Of a stretch of 64,000 nucleotides of DNA, positions 40,165 to 51,442 are shown one piece after another. Under the pieces are notes generated by a model. The model searched no databases, was not told where the DNA came from, and saw only the letters and a list, made by a program, of their open reading frames with translations. A program made the position numbers and the translations under genes. Source of the stretch: Patescibacteria group bacterium (lineage in GTDB: Bacteria; Patescibacteriota; Dojkabacteria; J137); assembly GCA_963169855.1 (NCBI GenBank), contig CAUJCN010000002.1:645608-709607 (forward strand), given 5' to 3'. Numbering within the stretch: position 1 is the first letter of the stretch; each line of letters starts with the position of its first letter.

Positions 40165-40728
40165 TTAGTCTTCTTTTCCGTCTAAGTAACCTTTGTATTC
40201 TCTATCTTTCTTAATCATAGCTTCTAAAGCTGTTCTTACTAATTGAGCTTTGTGAGTTCTTTTTACTTTTGAAGCCCAGTTTAAATATCTATCCATTTCT
40301 GGAGAAATAATCAAAATGAATTTAGAGTCTAATCTTCCGATAGCTTCTTTTACAGCTTCGTTGATTGTATCTACAACGTTTTTAGAGTTGTATGTGTACT
40401 GAACTAACTGTTTGCTGTTGTTTCCGTGAATTACTGCAAATTTATTAGAACTTTTGTCATCTTCCATGGTTATAACAACTTTTTTCTCTTCTAATGCTCT
40501 AGCGATCTGATAACCAATGTTTGCGTCTGAATCTGAAATTTCAGCAATTAAAATGTCTGTGTCTTTGATATTTTTATCTAGAGAAGCGAATGTTTTTGTT
40601 AGTGATTTTGAATCAATTTTTACTTCATTTACATTGTGTCCCTGCTTCTTTAGCTCTTTAATACCTTCACTGAAAATCTTTAGATTTTTGTCAGAAATTG
40701 CAGGTGAGTTAATTACTAATACTTTCAT
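40165..40728 (-). CDS. nucleoside 2-deoxyribosyltransferase-like fold + C-terminal ribbon-helix-helix (paralogue of 30780)
   Basis: IKDTDILIAEIS....IGYQIARALEEKKVV; C-terminal KFILII..MDRYLNWAS...HKAQLVRTAL; start at MKVLV preferred. Confidence 0.75.
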   Translation of the reverse strand: MKVLVINSPAISDKNLKIFSEGIKELKKQGHNVNEVKIDSKSLTKTFASLDKNIKDTDILIAEISDSDANIGYQIARALEEKKVVITMEDDKSSNKFAVIHGNNSKQLVQYTYNSKNVVDTINEAVKEAIGRLDSKFILIISPEMDRYLNWASKVKRTHKAQLVRTALEAMIKKDREYKGYLDGKED

Positions 40729-40854
40729 ACTGAATACTTGTTTGAACTTGAAATATAGATCGAGTATATCACTGGATTCCTGTTTAGGCAATAAATCTTT
40801 CCAAATTATTCTGACATTTTTCAAGACCCGCTTAATAATGTATTATATGAAGGT

Positions 40855-42066
40855 ATGATTTTTACACGAAAAAAAGGAAAAAACACAAAAGGCGCTACTA
40901 CTTTTCTTGCTATAGATATCGGAACAGAGTTCCTAAAAGTAGCATTATGTTCTCCAACAGACGACGGAATTGACGTTGTTGGGTATGTTCGATTACCTCA
41001 AAATCAAAGCAGTATGTACGCTGCATTTATTGTTGATGTAGAAGACGTAACAGAGCAGATAGATAAGGCGATTGGGGAAGTGATTCTTCAATCTCAGAAT
41101 CTTTTCGGAGACTCTTATGGAATTCCAAAAGAAGCTATTATCGGAATCGCTGGGGAATTAGTAAGTGGAATCAGTATGGTTGTAAACCTCGAAAGAGATA
41201 AACCAAAGGTAAAGATTACAGGAGCTGAGATCGAAAAAATTATTGAAAACGTAAAGAAGCAGACTTTCGATAAAGCAAAGGAAGAAATCGCAGAAGAATT
41301 AGCAGTTTCTCCAAAGCAATTGGTAGAAATTGAAACTTTCTTAAACAGTGCCTACATCGATGGAACTAGAGTAGTAGATCCAATTGGATACACAGGACAA
41401 GAACTTTCTTATAGAGTATTTACAACATTTGCTCCAGGAGTTCATTTAGATAGTCTTAATCAAATATCAGAAAAGATTAATCTAAAAGTGAATGGAATTA
41501 TCGTAGAACCTTATGCAGTTGCAATGAGCTTGAGATCCTTAAGATCAAGTGATGCAGGAGGAATCATTATTGATATTGGAGGAGGAACAACAGACGTTGC
41601 AATTATTAAATCTGGAGATGTTATTGGAACTAAAATGTTCGCAATTGGAGGAAGAGTTTTTACAAAAAGAATTCAAAATGGAATGGGCTATGACTACGAA
41701 ACTGCAGAAAAAGCAAAGCTAGATTATTCAGATAATAGACTTAAAGAACAAGAGCGAATGGAGATAAAAAGACTTATCGAAAAAGATATCGGAATTTGGG
41801 CTGAAGGTTTAGAAATCACTTTATCTGACTTTCAGGATGTGGGAGAATATCCTTACAATATTTATCTTTGCGGTGGAGGAGCATTACTTCCAGAGATTCA
41901 GGAAGCTATCATTTCTTACCCATGGATGAAGTATTTAAACTTTAAAAAGCATCCTAAAGTAAACTTTATCTTCCCAAATAGTGTAGATGGAGTTACCGAT
42001 AGAACAAAGTCTGCAACACTTCCAATAGATGTTGCAGTGTTGTCTCTAGCAAGAATGTATAAGTAA
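40855..42066 (+). CDS. second FtsA-like actin-fold protein
   Basis: LAIDIGT, IIDIGGGTTD, AEKAK, LCGGGA; no C-terminal amphipathic tail. Confidence 0.85.
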   Translation: MIFTRKKGKNTKGATTFLAIDIGTEFLKVALCSPTDDGIDVVGYVRLPQNQSSMYAAFIVDVEDVTEQIDKAIGEVILQSQNLFGDSYGIPKEAIIGIAGELVSGISMVVNLERDKPKVKITGAEIEKIIENVKKQTFDKAKEEIAEELAVSPKQLVEIETFLNSAYIDGTRVVDPIGYTGQELSYRVFTTFAPGVHLDSLNQISEKINLKVNGIIVEPYAVAMSLRSLRSSDAGGIIIDIGGGTTDVAIIKSGDVIGTKMFAIGGRVFTKRIQNGMGYDYETAEKAKLDYSDNRLKEQERMEIKRLIEKDIGIWAEGLEITLSDFQDVGEYPYNIYLCGGGALLPEIQEAIISYPWMKYLNFKKHPKVNFIFPNSVDGVTDRTKSATLPIDVAVLSLARMYK

Positions 42067-42105
42067 AGTGTAAGTGTAAGTGTAAGTTCAAGTTTAAGTG
42101 TAAGC
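42063..42105. repeat. degenerate hexamer run (TAAGTG)n
   Basis: gtaaagtgtaagtgtaagtgtaagttcaagtttaagtgtaagc. Confidence 0.75.
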
Positions 42106-42149
42106 TTTTGTAGAATTTAGCTATTGTGATTTCGAGCTTTTAAATATTT

Positions 42150-44132
42150 ATGTCAATTATAAACGCATCTAAAATTTTTACTGATCAGAACGAAGAGCTT
42201 ACTTTTATAGTAGAGAGAGTTCGAAACGCAGATAAAGATAAAGTTGCTGTTATTATCCCAGAAAATGCATTGGTTTTTAGTAGTCCTGTATCAATCAAAA
42301 TTCTCCAAAGAATGATGTACAAGGCGGACAAGTCTCCTATCATTGTTACTGAAGATTTATATGGGCAAAAATTCACTCAGAAGATAGGATTGGTAACTGT
42401 AGGTAAAACGAGCCAAATTACAGAAGAATTATGGGATATTGCCTTCAAAAGAAAAGTTAAATACAACAATAATCTTAGAGATTCGGATGGAGGAGAAATT
42501 CCAGCCGAACAAGTAGCAGCAGTTATTCCTGACTTACCTTCAGAAGTCGCTCCAGTAGAAATTGATGTTCCGCCGGAACCTTTAGTTCAAGCACCAATCG
42601 AAACATATCCAGAAGATACTCCAGCAGATGAGACTCAACCACAAGAATTGGAACCAATAGAACAGATAGACGAGGAAACAGCATCACTTTATAGAAAGCA
42701 AAGAGATAATCCAAAGGTCGTAACAGTAGGTGGAATAAGCGTTTACAGCGGAGGAGATGCAAAATTATTAAAGAGTCAGTTCAAAAATGTTAAAATCAGA
42801 ACTGTTAAAGATCAAGATATGGAAAGAACATTCGAACCGACAGCAGGAGCAAGCCGATTCACAGGTAAAGACTTTACAAAAGCTATAAGTCCAACAGGAA
42901 GAGTTTCAAACTTTTTCTCGAGACTTTTTGGAAGAAACAAACGAAAAGATTTAAATCCTGATTCTCCAAAGCGAAAATTAAGATCAAAAATTATTCTAGC
43001 TATTGTTGTAATAGCAGCACTAACAGCTGGTTACATGGTTTTATTCCAGTTCTCTAGCGTTGATATTAGAATTGTAGCAACCAAGCAAGATGTATCTGCA
43101 ACTTCTTCTGTAGTTTTAGATCCAACAGTAACAGAAATTGGTGAAGTAGGAGGAAAAATTACAATTCCAGGAAAAATTCTATCTCAGGAAGCATTTAGTG
43201 CATCTTGGACAGGAGAAGCTAATGGAGTAGGGAAGAAAGGAAACAAAGCTGGAGGAACAGTTACAGTTTTCAATAATTCTACAGCTCCAGTTTCTATCGC
43301 AGCTGGAACAAAAATTTTAAATAAAACTACTGGTAAATCTTACACAATTACAGAAGCTGTATCACTTGCAGCTGCAACTATCGACGATGTAGTTGAACCA
43401 GCTAAGAAAGAAAACGTTCCAATTTCGGCAATAGATTTTGGCCCAGAATACAATATAGATACTGCAACAACCCAAAATTATTCTATCGATGGATTAGATG
43501 ATGACGATGTTTTTGCTAGAAGTTTCAACAAAATTACAGGAGGAACAGTTCAAGAATTCGTTACTGTATCTCAAGAAAATATAGATAATTTGAAAAAGGC
43601 TAAAGAAGCAGAGTTCAAGACTCAGGCAGAAACAAAACTAAAAACTTTGATTCCTGGAGGCTCATTCCTGATCCCAGAAACAATAGTAATTGTAGAAACA
43701 AAAGTAACTACAGTTCCAAAGGTTGGGGAAGAAAGCTTAGACAAAACATTCGCTCTAACAATCGAAGCTAATGTTGTGGGGATTGTGATAAATAACAACG
43801 ACTTCAAAACTCTTGGAGAAATGCTAATTGCAGACTCTGGATCTTCTTCTGTGGTTAATCAATTAGACACTCCTCAGATCACGATGGTAACTAAAGGAGA
43901 AGGGGACATCTATACTCTTGATGTAACTACTCAAGGTTCTGTTGGCGAAAAATTAGAAATGGAAGAAATTGCTAGAGAAATTGCCGGAAATACAATTCCA
44001 AATGCTAAGAAATACTTAGAAGACTTAAGCGGAGTAGAAAGCTTCACTTTAAGATTTGGACCAGCATTTATTCCTGAATTCTTACAATTCGTACCTTCTT
44101 CGGTCGATAGAATCAGCATCAGAATTAACTAA
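42150..44132 (+). CDS. bitopic membrane protein with extracellular baseplate J/gp47-like domain
   Basis: Cytoplasmic N-domain, P/E-rich linker, one TM, then KAGGTVTVFN....IAAGT, A...GPEYNI, ITGG pattern. Confidence 0.7.
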   Translation: MSIINASKIFTDQNEELTFIVERVRNADKDKVAVIIPENALVFSSPVSIKILQRMMYKADKSPIIVTEDLYGQKFTQKIGLVTVGKTSQITEELWDIAFKRKVKYNNNLRDSDGGEIPAEQVAAVIPDLPSEVAPVEIDVPPEPLVQAPIETYPEDTPADETQPQELEPIEQIDEETASLYRKQRDNPKVVTVGGISVYSGGDAKLLKSQFKNVKIRTVKDQDMERTFEPTAGASRFTGKDFTKAISPTGRVSNFFSRLFGRNKRKDLNPDSPKRKLRSKIILAIVVIAALTAGYMVLFQFSSVDIRIVATKQDVSATSSVVLDPTVTEIGEVGGKITIPGKILSQEAFSASWTGEANGVGKKGNKAGGTVTVFNNSTAPVSIAAGTKILNKTTGKSYTITEAVSLAAATIDDVVEPAKKENVPISAIDFGPEYNIDTATTQNYSIDGLDDDDVFARSFNKITGGTVQEFVTVSQENIDNLKKAKEAEFKTQAETKLKTLIPGGSFLIPETIVIVETKVTTVPKVGEESLDKTFALTIEANVVGIVINNNDFKTLGEMLIADSGSSSVVNQLDTPQITMVTKGEGDIYTLDVTTQGSVGEKLEMEEIAREIAGNTIPNAKKYLEDLSGVESFTLRFGPAFIPEFLQFVPSSVDRISIRIN

Positions 44133-44144
44133 TCAGAAACTTTC

Positions 44145-44174
44145 TTGACATAGATTTTTCCTGCGAGGTATCAT
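44145..44174 (+). promoter_or_regulatory. sigma70 promoter of groESL
   Basis: TTGACA-18 nt-TATCAT. Confidence 0.75.
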
Positions 44175-44176
44175 TC

Positions 44177-44203
44177 CTAGCAGGTTATTTATTCACCTGC
44201 TAA
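44177..44203. promoter_or_regulatory. CIRCE-like operator (variant)
   Basis: CTAGCAGGT-N9-ACCTGCTAA, 9-9-9 geometry directly after the -10 box. Confidence 0.75.
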
Positions 44204-44273
44204 AATAGGGATAAGAATCAATGAGAATTTGATTTTTTATCTTTCATTTTTTTAATTTTTAGCTTTATTGTTT

Positions 44274-44579
44274 ATGGCAAAATCATTAAAGATCAAACCA
44301 ATCGGAGAATTCATTCTGGTTAAACCATCAAAAGAAGAAGAAACTACAGCTTCTGGACTTATTGTTCAATCAAGCGGAAAAGGAGAAAGACCACAAAAAG
44401 GTGAAATTGTTTCATTAGGAACAGGAAAATTAAGCGAAAAAGGAGAAAAAATTTCTTTCAATGTAAAAGAAGGTGATGTTGTTTATTTCAAAAAATATTC
44501 TCCAGAAGAAGTGGAAATCGACGGAGAACAATACTTAATCATGAAGGAAGCTGATATTTTAGCGATTTTAGCTGACTAG
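44274..44579 (+). CDS. groES: co-chaperonin GroES
   Basis: IKPIG, TTASGLI, ERPQKGEIV, DILA. Confidence 0.97.
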   Translation: MAKSLKIKPIGEFILVKPSKEEETTASGLIVQSSGKGERPQKGEIVSLGTGKLSEKGEKISFNVKEGDVVYFKKYSPEEVEIDGEQYLIMKEADILAILAD

Positions 44580-44593
44580 TTTTTCATCTTTAA

Positions 44594-46249
<1,656 letters not shown>

Positions 46250-46282
46250 GTTACTACGCCAAGGCTTCGTAACCTGACTAAG

Positions 46283-46319
46283 AAAAGATCCCGTCCGCCA
46301 TTGGCGGGCGGGATCTTTT
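46283..46319 (+). terminator. terminator after groEL
   Basis: AAAAGATCCCGTCCGCCA-TTGGCGGGCGGGATCTTTT. Confidence 0.85.
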
Positions 46320-46432
46320 GATCTATAATTCGTTTTCACCTTTTGTTAACCCCGCATCTAGTGAGGGATCTTAATGATTTTGCTACCTCCGCAACAGGTG
46401 CGGGGTTGTAAGGATTTTGCTACAATAGGTGC

Positions 46433-46753
46433 ATGAAGAGATATCTAATCGATCCTATTTACTGGTATTTTGCCGTGTTCTTTAGAGATTTCGCTCAACG
46501 AAATTTTGTGAATCAGTACATTTTCTTTTTGAACAAGACGAACACAATTCCTATGGCAAAAAATCTTTTTGTTCCAATCTATAGAGACGAAAGTAGCATG
46601 GGGAAAGCAATCGGATTTATAATCAGATTTTTGTGGATTGGGTACGGAAGTGTAGTTTCATCAATAAAAATAATTCCATTTCTGTTATTTTCAGCTTTAG
46701 TTTTTGTACTTCCTATCGTGGGAGTTCTTTTGATTTTAAGTTCAATTTTCTAA
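46433..46753 (+). CDS. small membrane protein translationally coupled to the Clp-like gene
   Basis: NLFVPIYRD..GKAIGFIIR plus TM segments; TAATG overlap with next ATG. Confidence 0.75.
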   Translation: MKRYLIDPIYWYFAVFFRDFAQRNFVNQYIFFLNKTNTIPMAKNLFVPIYRDESSMGKAIGFIIRFLWIGYGSVVSSIKIIPFLLFSALVFVLPIVGVLLILSSIF

Positions 46754-49302
46754 TGAGTAAGAATGTTAAGGTAGGACAATATTATCAGACGGACATTTTT
46801 TTTGATTTTAATCTGATAGACAACCAAACAGAGAGTTCTTTGGAGGAACTTGATTTCACTTTGGGTAGAGTATTCCGTTATCTTTCGATGATATTAGGTG
46901 CGATTTCGGCAGTAATACTTTTAGTGAATTACAGATTAAATGCCCTGTTGGCATTCAATCAGAATCCAGCATTCGCATTCTTCGTAGGAAGCGCAATGAT
47001 TCTTTATGTATATTCACTTTATTTACTTAGGGATAAAACTTACCTTCATAGAGGAAGAAGTCTTGTTAACGAGGATTTCAAAAACTTAAAATCTATTCAG
47101 TTTGATAAATATTTTGACTACAAGTCTGGAAAAATCTTAAGACTTTCGACAGAAAAAAAAGAATTATTCTTGGCGAATCTACTTAGAAATTTGGAAAACT
47201 ATTCAGATATTTCTTATGTTTTTGAACATAGAATAGGAATTAACTGGCAAGAATTTAAGCAGAAAGCAGATTTATACTTCTCTTCAATAGATATTACCTA
47301 CAGAGGAAATATTCTGAATTTTTTGAATGCGTTATTTCTTAATACTCTGTACTTTCAGCAAGATCAGGTCGATGTAGATATTCTTACAAATAGTTTCATT
47401 AAGTCTTTCTTAATTAAGCCATTGATGGAATTTGGAGTTACAGATGCAGATTTGGAAGGTTTAAAACTTTGGCAACAGAATGAAGTTCTTAAGAAAAATT
47501 ACCAAGAATCTTGGAAAACACTTTCGCAATTAAAACCGAAGGGAGACATAAATAGAAGTTTTACTTCGAGAGCAACACCAACTCTAGACGTTTACGGCGA
47601 AGATTTAACTCGAACATTTTCAGCAAAGAAATTCGAACTTTCTATTGGTAGAGAAGTAGAGATGAGAGAAATGGTGAGAATCTTACAAAAACCAGAAAAT
47701 TCAAATGTACTTTTGATCGGAGAACCTGGAACAGGAAAAACAAGATTCTTGCATCATCTAGCTACAAAAATGGTTGTGGAAGATATGCCAAAATCTCTTC
47801 AGGATTACAGATTAATCAAACTAGATTTAAACAAAGTATTTAATCAATCAAACGGTGCAGATCAATTCAAAGTTCTAATAGAGAAACTATTTAAAGATGT
47901 TCAGTTATCAGGAAACATCATTTTGGTTTTAGAAGAAATAACATTCATCTTAAATGTTAGAGAAGAAGCTAAAACAGAAATCGCTAATACATTGATTTCG
48001 TTAATCAAGAACTCTCAAATTAAAATCATTGCAACAACAAATCGAAATAATTACAACAAATTTGTTAAACCAAACAAGGCTTTAGAAAGTTTATTCGAAG
48101 TAGTGAATTTTCCAGAACCAAGTAGAATTGCTACAGTTCAGATTCTTTTAGATGAATCTTCGGAGCTGGAAAAGAAGTATGGAATTACAATTCAAGTAAA
48201 TGTAGTAAAGAGAATCGTTGAGTTCTCTCCAAGAATTGATTCAGACAGAGCGCTTCCTGATAAAGCAATTAATCTTTTACAAGAAGGAGTGATTTTAGCT
48301 CAGTCAAAAGGATTAAAATTTTTGAACGAATCTACGATTGATGAATTACTATCATCAAAAACAGGAGTGAAAGTTGGAGCGATTTCGGAATCTGAAATTG
48401 ATCGATTAAAGAAACTTGAAGAAGAAATGCATCAAAGAGTGGTTGGGCAGGAAGTTGCAGTTAGAAGTATTGCAATGGCAGTCAGAAGATCGAGAAGTGG
48501 ACTAAGTAGTGGTAGCAAGCCAACTGCTTCTTTCTTATTCTTTGGACCAACTGGAGTTGGAAAAACAGAAGCGGCAAAAACTCTTGCAGAAGTTTATTTT
48601 GGAAACGAAAATCTACTGATTCGAGTAGATATGTCGGAATACCAAGAAGAAGATAACCTAAAAAGACTTATCGGCTACATGGATGAAAAAGGGAACTATC
48701 AAGGAGGTTTCTTAACCGAAAAAGTTAGAGCTCGACCTTTCTCTTTGGTTCTATTGGACGAAATTGATAAGGCGAACAAAAAGGTTTTAGACCTTTTCCT
48801 TCAAGTTTTGGACGAAGGTTTCTTAACTGACGGAATGGGAAGAAAAACTGATTTCAAAAATACAATAATCATCATGACTAGCAACGCAGGTTCTGCAGAA
48901 ATTGCTAAATCAACTTCGGATGGCGAGGATTATAAAACTGTTTATGAAAAAGGATACGCAGCGTTAAGAGAATTCTTCAGGATAGAATTCCTAAATAGAT
49001 TCGACAAGATCATCATGTTCAAATCTCTAACTTTAATCGAAATCGAAAAGATAGTAGAGATAATGCTAAATTCATTACGAGAAAAACTTTTAACAAAGGG
49101 AATCAGTATGGTTTGGGATGCGAAGACTTTGGAAGAGTTAGCACAACTTGGATACAATCCAATTTTTGGAGCCAGAGAATTGAGAAGAGTGATTCAGGAA
49201 TCAATTGAAGATCAGGTAGCTCAAGGCATAACAGAAGGAACAGTTAAATCTGGAGACGATATCGTTTTCGAAGGTCTAACATTAAAAAACTCAGAAGATT
49301 AG
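46753..49302 (+). CDS. ClpA/ClpC-like double AAA+ ATPase with N-terminal TM helices
   Basis: GEPGTGKT, LPDKAI.LL, GPTGVGKTE, RVDMSEY, LLDEIDKA, EFLNRFD, GARELRR; two hydrophobic N-terminal segments. Confidence 0.9.
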   Translation: MSKNVKVGQYYQTDIFFDFNLIDNQTESSLEELDFTLGRVFRYLSMILGAISAVILLVNYRLNALLAFNQNPAFAFFVGSAMILYVYSLYLLRDKTYLHRGRSLVNEDFKNLKSIQFDKYFDYKSGKILRLSTEKKELFLANLLRNLENYSDISYVFEHRIGINWQEFKQKADLYFSSIDITYRGNILNFLNALFLNTLYFQQDQVDVDILTNSFIKSFLIKPLMEFGVTDADLEGLKLWQQNEVLKKNYQESWKTLSQLKPKGDINRSFTSRATPTLDVYGEDLTRTFSAKKFELSIGREVEMREMVRILQKPENSNVLLIGEPGTGKTRFLHHLATKMVVEDMPKSLQDYRLIKLDLNKVFNQSNGADQFKVLIEKLFKDVQLSGNIILVLEEITFILNVREEAKTEIANTLISLIKNSQIKIIATTNRNNYNKFVKPNKALESLFEVVNFPEPSRIATVQILLDESSELEKKYGITIQVNVVKRIVEFSPRIDSDRALPDKAINLLQEGVILAQSKGLKFLNESTIDELLSSKTGVKVGAISESEIDRLKKLEEEMHQRVVGQEVAVRSIAMAVRRSRSGLSSGSKPTASFLFFGPTGVGKTEAAKTLAEVYFGNENLLIRVDMSEYQEEDNLKRLIGYMDEKGNYQGGFLTEKVRARPFSLVLLDEIDKANKKVLDLFLQVLDEGFLTDGMGRKTDFKNTIIIMTSNAGSAEIAKSTSDGEDYKTVYEKGYAALREFFRIEFLNRFDKIIMFKSLTLIEIEKIVEIMLNSLREKLLTKGISMVWDAKTLEELAQLGYNPIFGARELRRVIQESIEDQVAQGITEGTVKSGDDIVFEGLTLKNSED

Positions 49303-49435
49303 AAGGCTAAAAGATGAAAATTCCCAATCTGAAGTATTCAACTCACCGCACTTCGCCCATTGCTTACGACTCACAGCTCACAGCTCAATGCTCCAAGCTT
49401 GCACTTTAAACTTCACCCATATACAATAAGTTTAT

Positions 49436-49786
49436 ATGAAAAAATTCTATATCTTTTTAGCTACTTATTTAACAATCTTTACTTCTAAAGTTTCTGCTAC
49501 TGGAGGAGGCTTTGTTCAAATCCCCAACCCAACACCGATAGATTCATTAGAAGAGCTTGTTACAATGGTTGCAAGGCTTATTGTTCCTGTTTTCATTCTA
49601 ACTTTCTTGGCGATGTTACTGTACGGAGCTTTCGTTTACCTAACAGCTCAAGGTGATGATGCAAAAGTAGAAAAAGCAAAGAAAATAATAGTAACTGCAA
49701 TAATAGGATTTGTTTTAGCAGTTTTAGCTCCATCAATCGCAAACATAGTTGCTGGAATTCTTGGAGTAGAGGGTATCACTTTCTAA
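49436..49786 (+). CDS. TrbC/VirB2-like pilin 1
   Basis: Signal peptide, TM-AQGDDAKVEKAKKII..AIIG-TM. Confidence 0.85.
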   Translation: MKKFYIFLATYLTIFTSKVSATGGGFVQIPNPTPIDSLEELVTMVARLIVPVFILTFLAMLLYGAFVYLTAQGDDAKVEKAKKIIVTAIIGFVLAVLAPSIANIVAGILGVEGITF

Positions 49787-49788
49787 TT

Positions 49789-50418
49789 ATGAAAAATTTA
49801 CTGTTTTTAGTTATAGCCTTCATTTTTGTATTCCCTCTGTTTAGTCCAAGGGTAAATGCTCTTACTGCAGATCCAGATGTCTGTCTTCCACCACACGGAA
49901 TTCCATCTATGTGTCAGGATTCCTACACATTAGATAATAAATGTAATGTAGCAAGAATCATTAACCCAGAGGTTGATTGTTGTATTAACAAATGTACTAA
50001 CATTGATAATGGTTACGACCCAGATGCAGAATGTTCTGGTCCAGGAGATCCTGACTGCGATGTTACATCAGTACTTAATAGTCTAAATATTTTTGGAACT
50101 AAAATTCAGTACTCAAATGAAAAGATTCCATCTTTAGTTCAATTAGGTTTATCTGCATTTTTAGCAGTAGTTTCTTTTTACGCATTATTTAGAGGAATGT
50201 ATTTGTATTCAATCAAGAGAACTCAAACAACAGATGCTGCAGAAATAGGGAAGATCAACAAAGAATTTGGAAATATTATTATTGGATTTGTACTCGCATG
50301 GTCAGCAATCTTTATTGTAGAATTAGTAATGAGAATATTGGGTTTACCAACACTAACTCAAATTACATTAGAGCGAATCGACGATGGAAGTGCTTCAAAT
50401 GTAATTATTATTAAATAA
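49789..50418 (+). CDS. TrbC/VirB2-like pilin 2 with Cys-rich N-terminal domain
   Basis: Signal peptide, 8 Cys, TM-TTDAAEIGKINKEF..IIIG-TM. Confidence 0.7.
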   Translation: MKNLLFLVIAFIFVFPLFSPRVNALTADPDVCLPPHGIPSMCQDSYTLDNKCNVARIINPEVDCCINKCTNIDNGYDPDAECSGPGDPDCDVTSVLNSLNIFGTKIQYSNEKIPSLVQLGLSAFLAVVSFYALFRGMYLYSIKRTQTTDAAEIGKINKEFGNIIIGFVLAWSAIFIVELVMRILGLPTLTQITLERIDDGSASNVIIIK

Positions 50419-50419
50419 A

Positions 50420-50953
50420 ATGAAACTGAAAATATTTTTAACAACTGTAATTGGATCCCTAATGTTGAATGCAACTGTTCTTGCTCAAGGACTTGATCCA
50501 TTAGAGAATACAGGATTGGGTTTAGATGAAATCAAAATCCCGATATTTCCCGTCTTGTTCACAGATTTATCCAGATACAATACTGTTTTATCCTGGATAA
50601 CTTTTGCAGGAGGACTTCTTGTTTCTGGAATAATTATATTCTGGATTTACAGAATTATTCGATCTGGTTTAAAAGCGATGTCTGCGGAAGGAGATTCTGA
50701 GAAAATTGGTGTGGCTAGAAAAGAGTTGCAAGCTGCGCTAACTGGAATCGCATTTACATTTTTGGTTCCAATAGTTTTAAGTTTTGTTGGAATTATTTTT
50801 GGATTTGGAACAATGTTCGAATGGCCAAAGTCATTCTCAGGTTGCCAGGATACAAGTAAATATCAATATTATTTTCAGGCACTTGCTCAGGAGCCGAACG
50901 AAGAGGCAGCTGATCGAGAATGTAATCCTGATTTAGCAGATACAGATAGATAA
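50420..50953 (+). CDS. TrbC/VirB2-like pilin 3
   Basis: TM-AEGDSEKIGVARKEL.AALTG-TM, C-terminal Cys pair. Confidence 0.75.
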   Translation: MKLKIFLTTVIGSLMLNATVLAQGLDPLENTGLGLDEIKIPIFPVLFTDLSRYNTVLSWITFAGGLLVSGIIIFWIYRIIRSGLKAMSAEGDSEKIGVARKELQAALTGIAFTFLVPIVLSFVGIIFGFGTMFEWPKSFSGCQDTSKYQYYFQALAQEPNEEAADRECNPDLADTDR

Positions 50954-50954
50954 T

Positions 50955-51308
50955 ATGGACTTATGTCAGTTTATTGGTTGTGATGTTGTTGGAGATGAGA
51001 ACTATCTCCTAAACTTTGGAAATATTATTCGAATGGGATTGAATATTATTTTCGGTGCCATTATTGTTTACGGAATTTTCATCATCATCAAAGCTGTTTA
51101 CAAAATTGTAGGAAGTGAAGGAGACGCGGGTAAAGTAGAGTCGGGACTAAACTCAATAAAAGGAGTGTACATAGGAATCGTTATGATTTTCGTGGGATTG
51201 ATTGGACTTGTTATTTTATTCGCATTGTTCAATATAACAGAACTTCCTGGAAATCCTGGACTACCAGGTTCAGACGAAGGTCCTGTAATCAACGACCCTT
51301 TCAACTAA
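50955..51308 (+). CDS. TrbC/VirB2-like pilin 4
   Basis: TM-SEGDAGKVESG..SIKGVYIG-TM; no evident signal peptide. Confidence 0.75.
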   Translation: MDLCQFIGCDVVGDENYLLNFGNIIRMGLNIIFGAIIVYGIFIIIKAVYKIVGSEGDAGKVESGLNSIKGVYIGIVMIFVGLIGLVILFALFNITELPGNPGLPGSDEGPVINDPFN

Positions 51309-51442
51309 TATCCAACTTTAAACTTACAATCTTTATTCATATTCCTCTTGAATTTAGAAATTCGATATTAGAACTTACTTGTATCCTTGTATCTTCAGAT
51401 CTTTTCTTATAGAATGATGAAAATAGATATTAAAGATAATTT

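Noticed and set aside
42150-44132. Contractile injection system or prophage baseplate locus
   Set aside because: No sheath, tube or spike genes; the protein is membrane-anchored among housekeeping genes.
46633-46752. N-terminal extension of the Clp ORF
   Set aside because: Overlaps the upstream membrane gene; TAATG coupling points to 46753.
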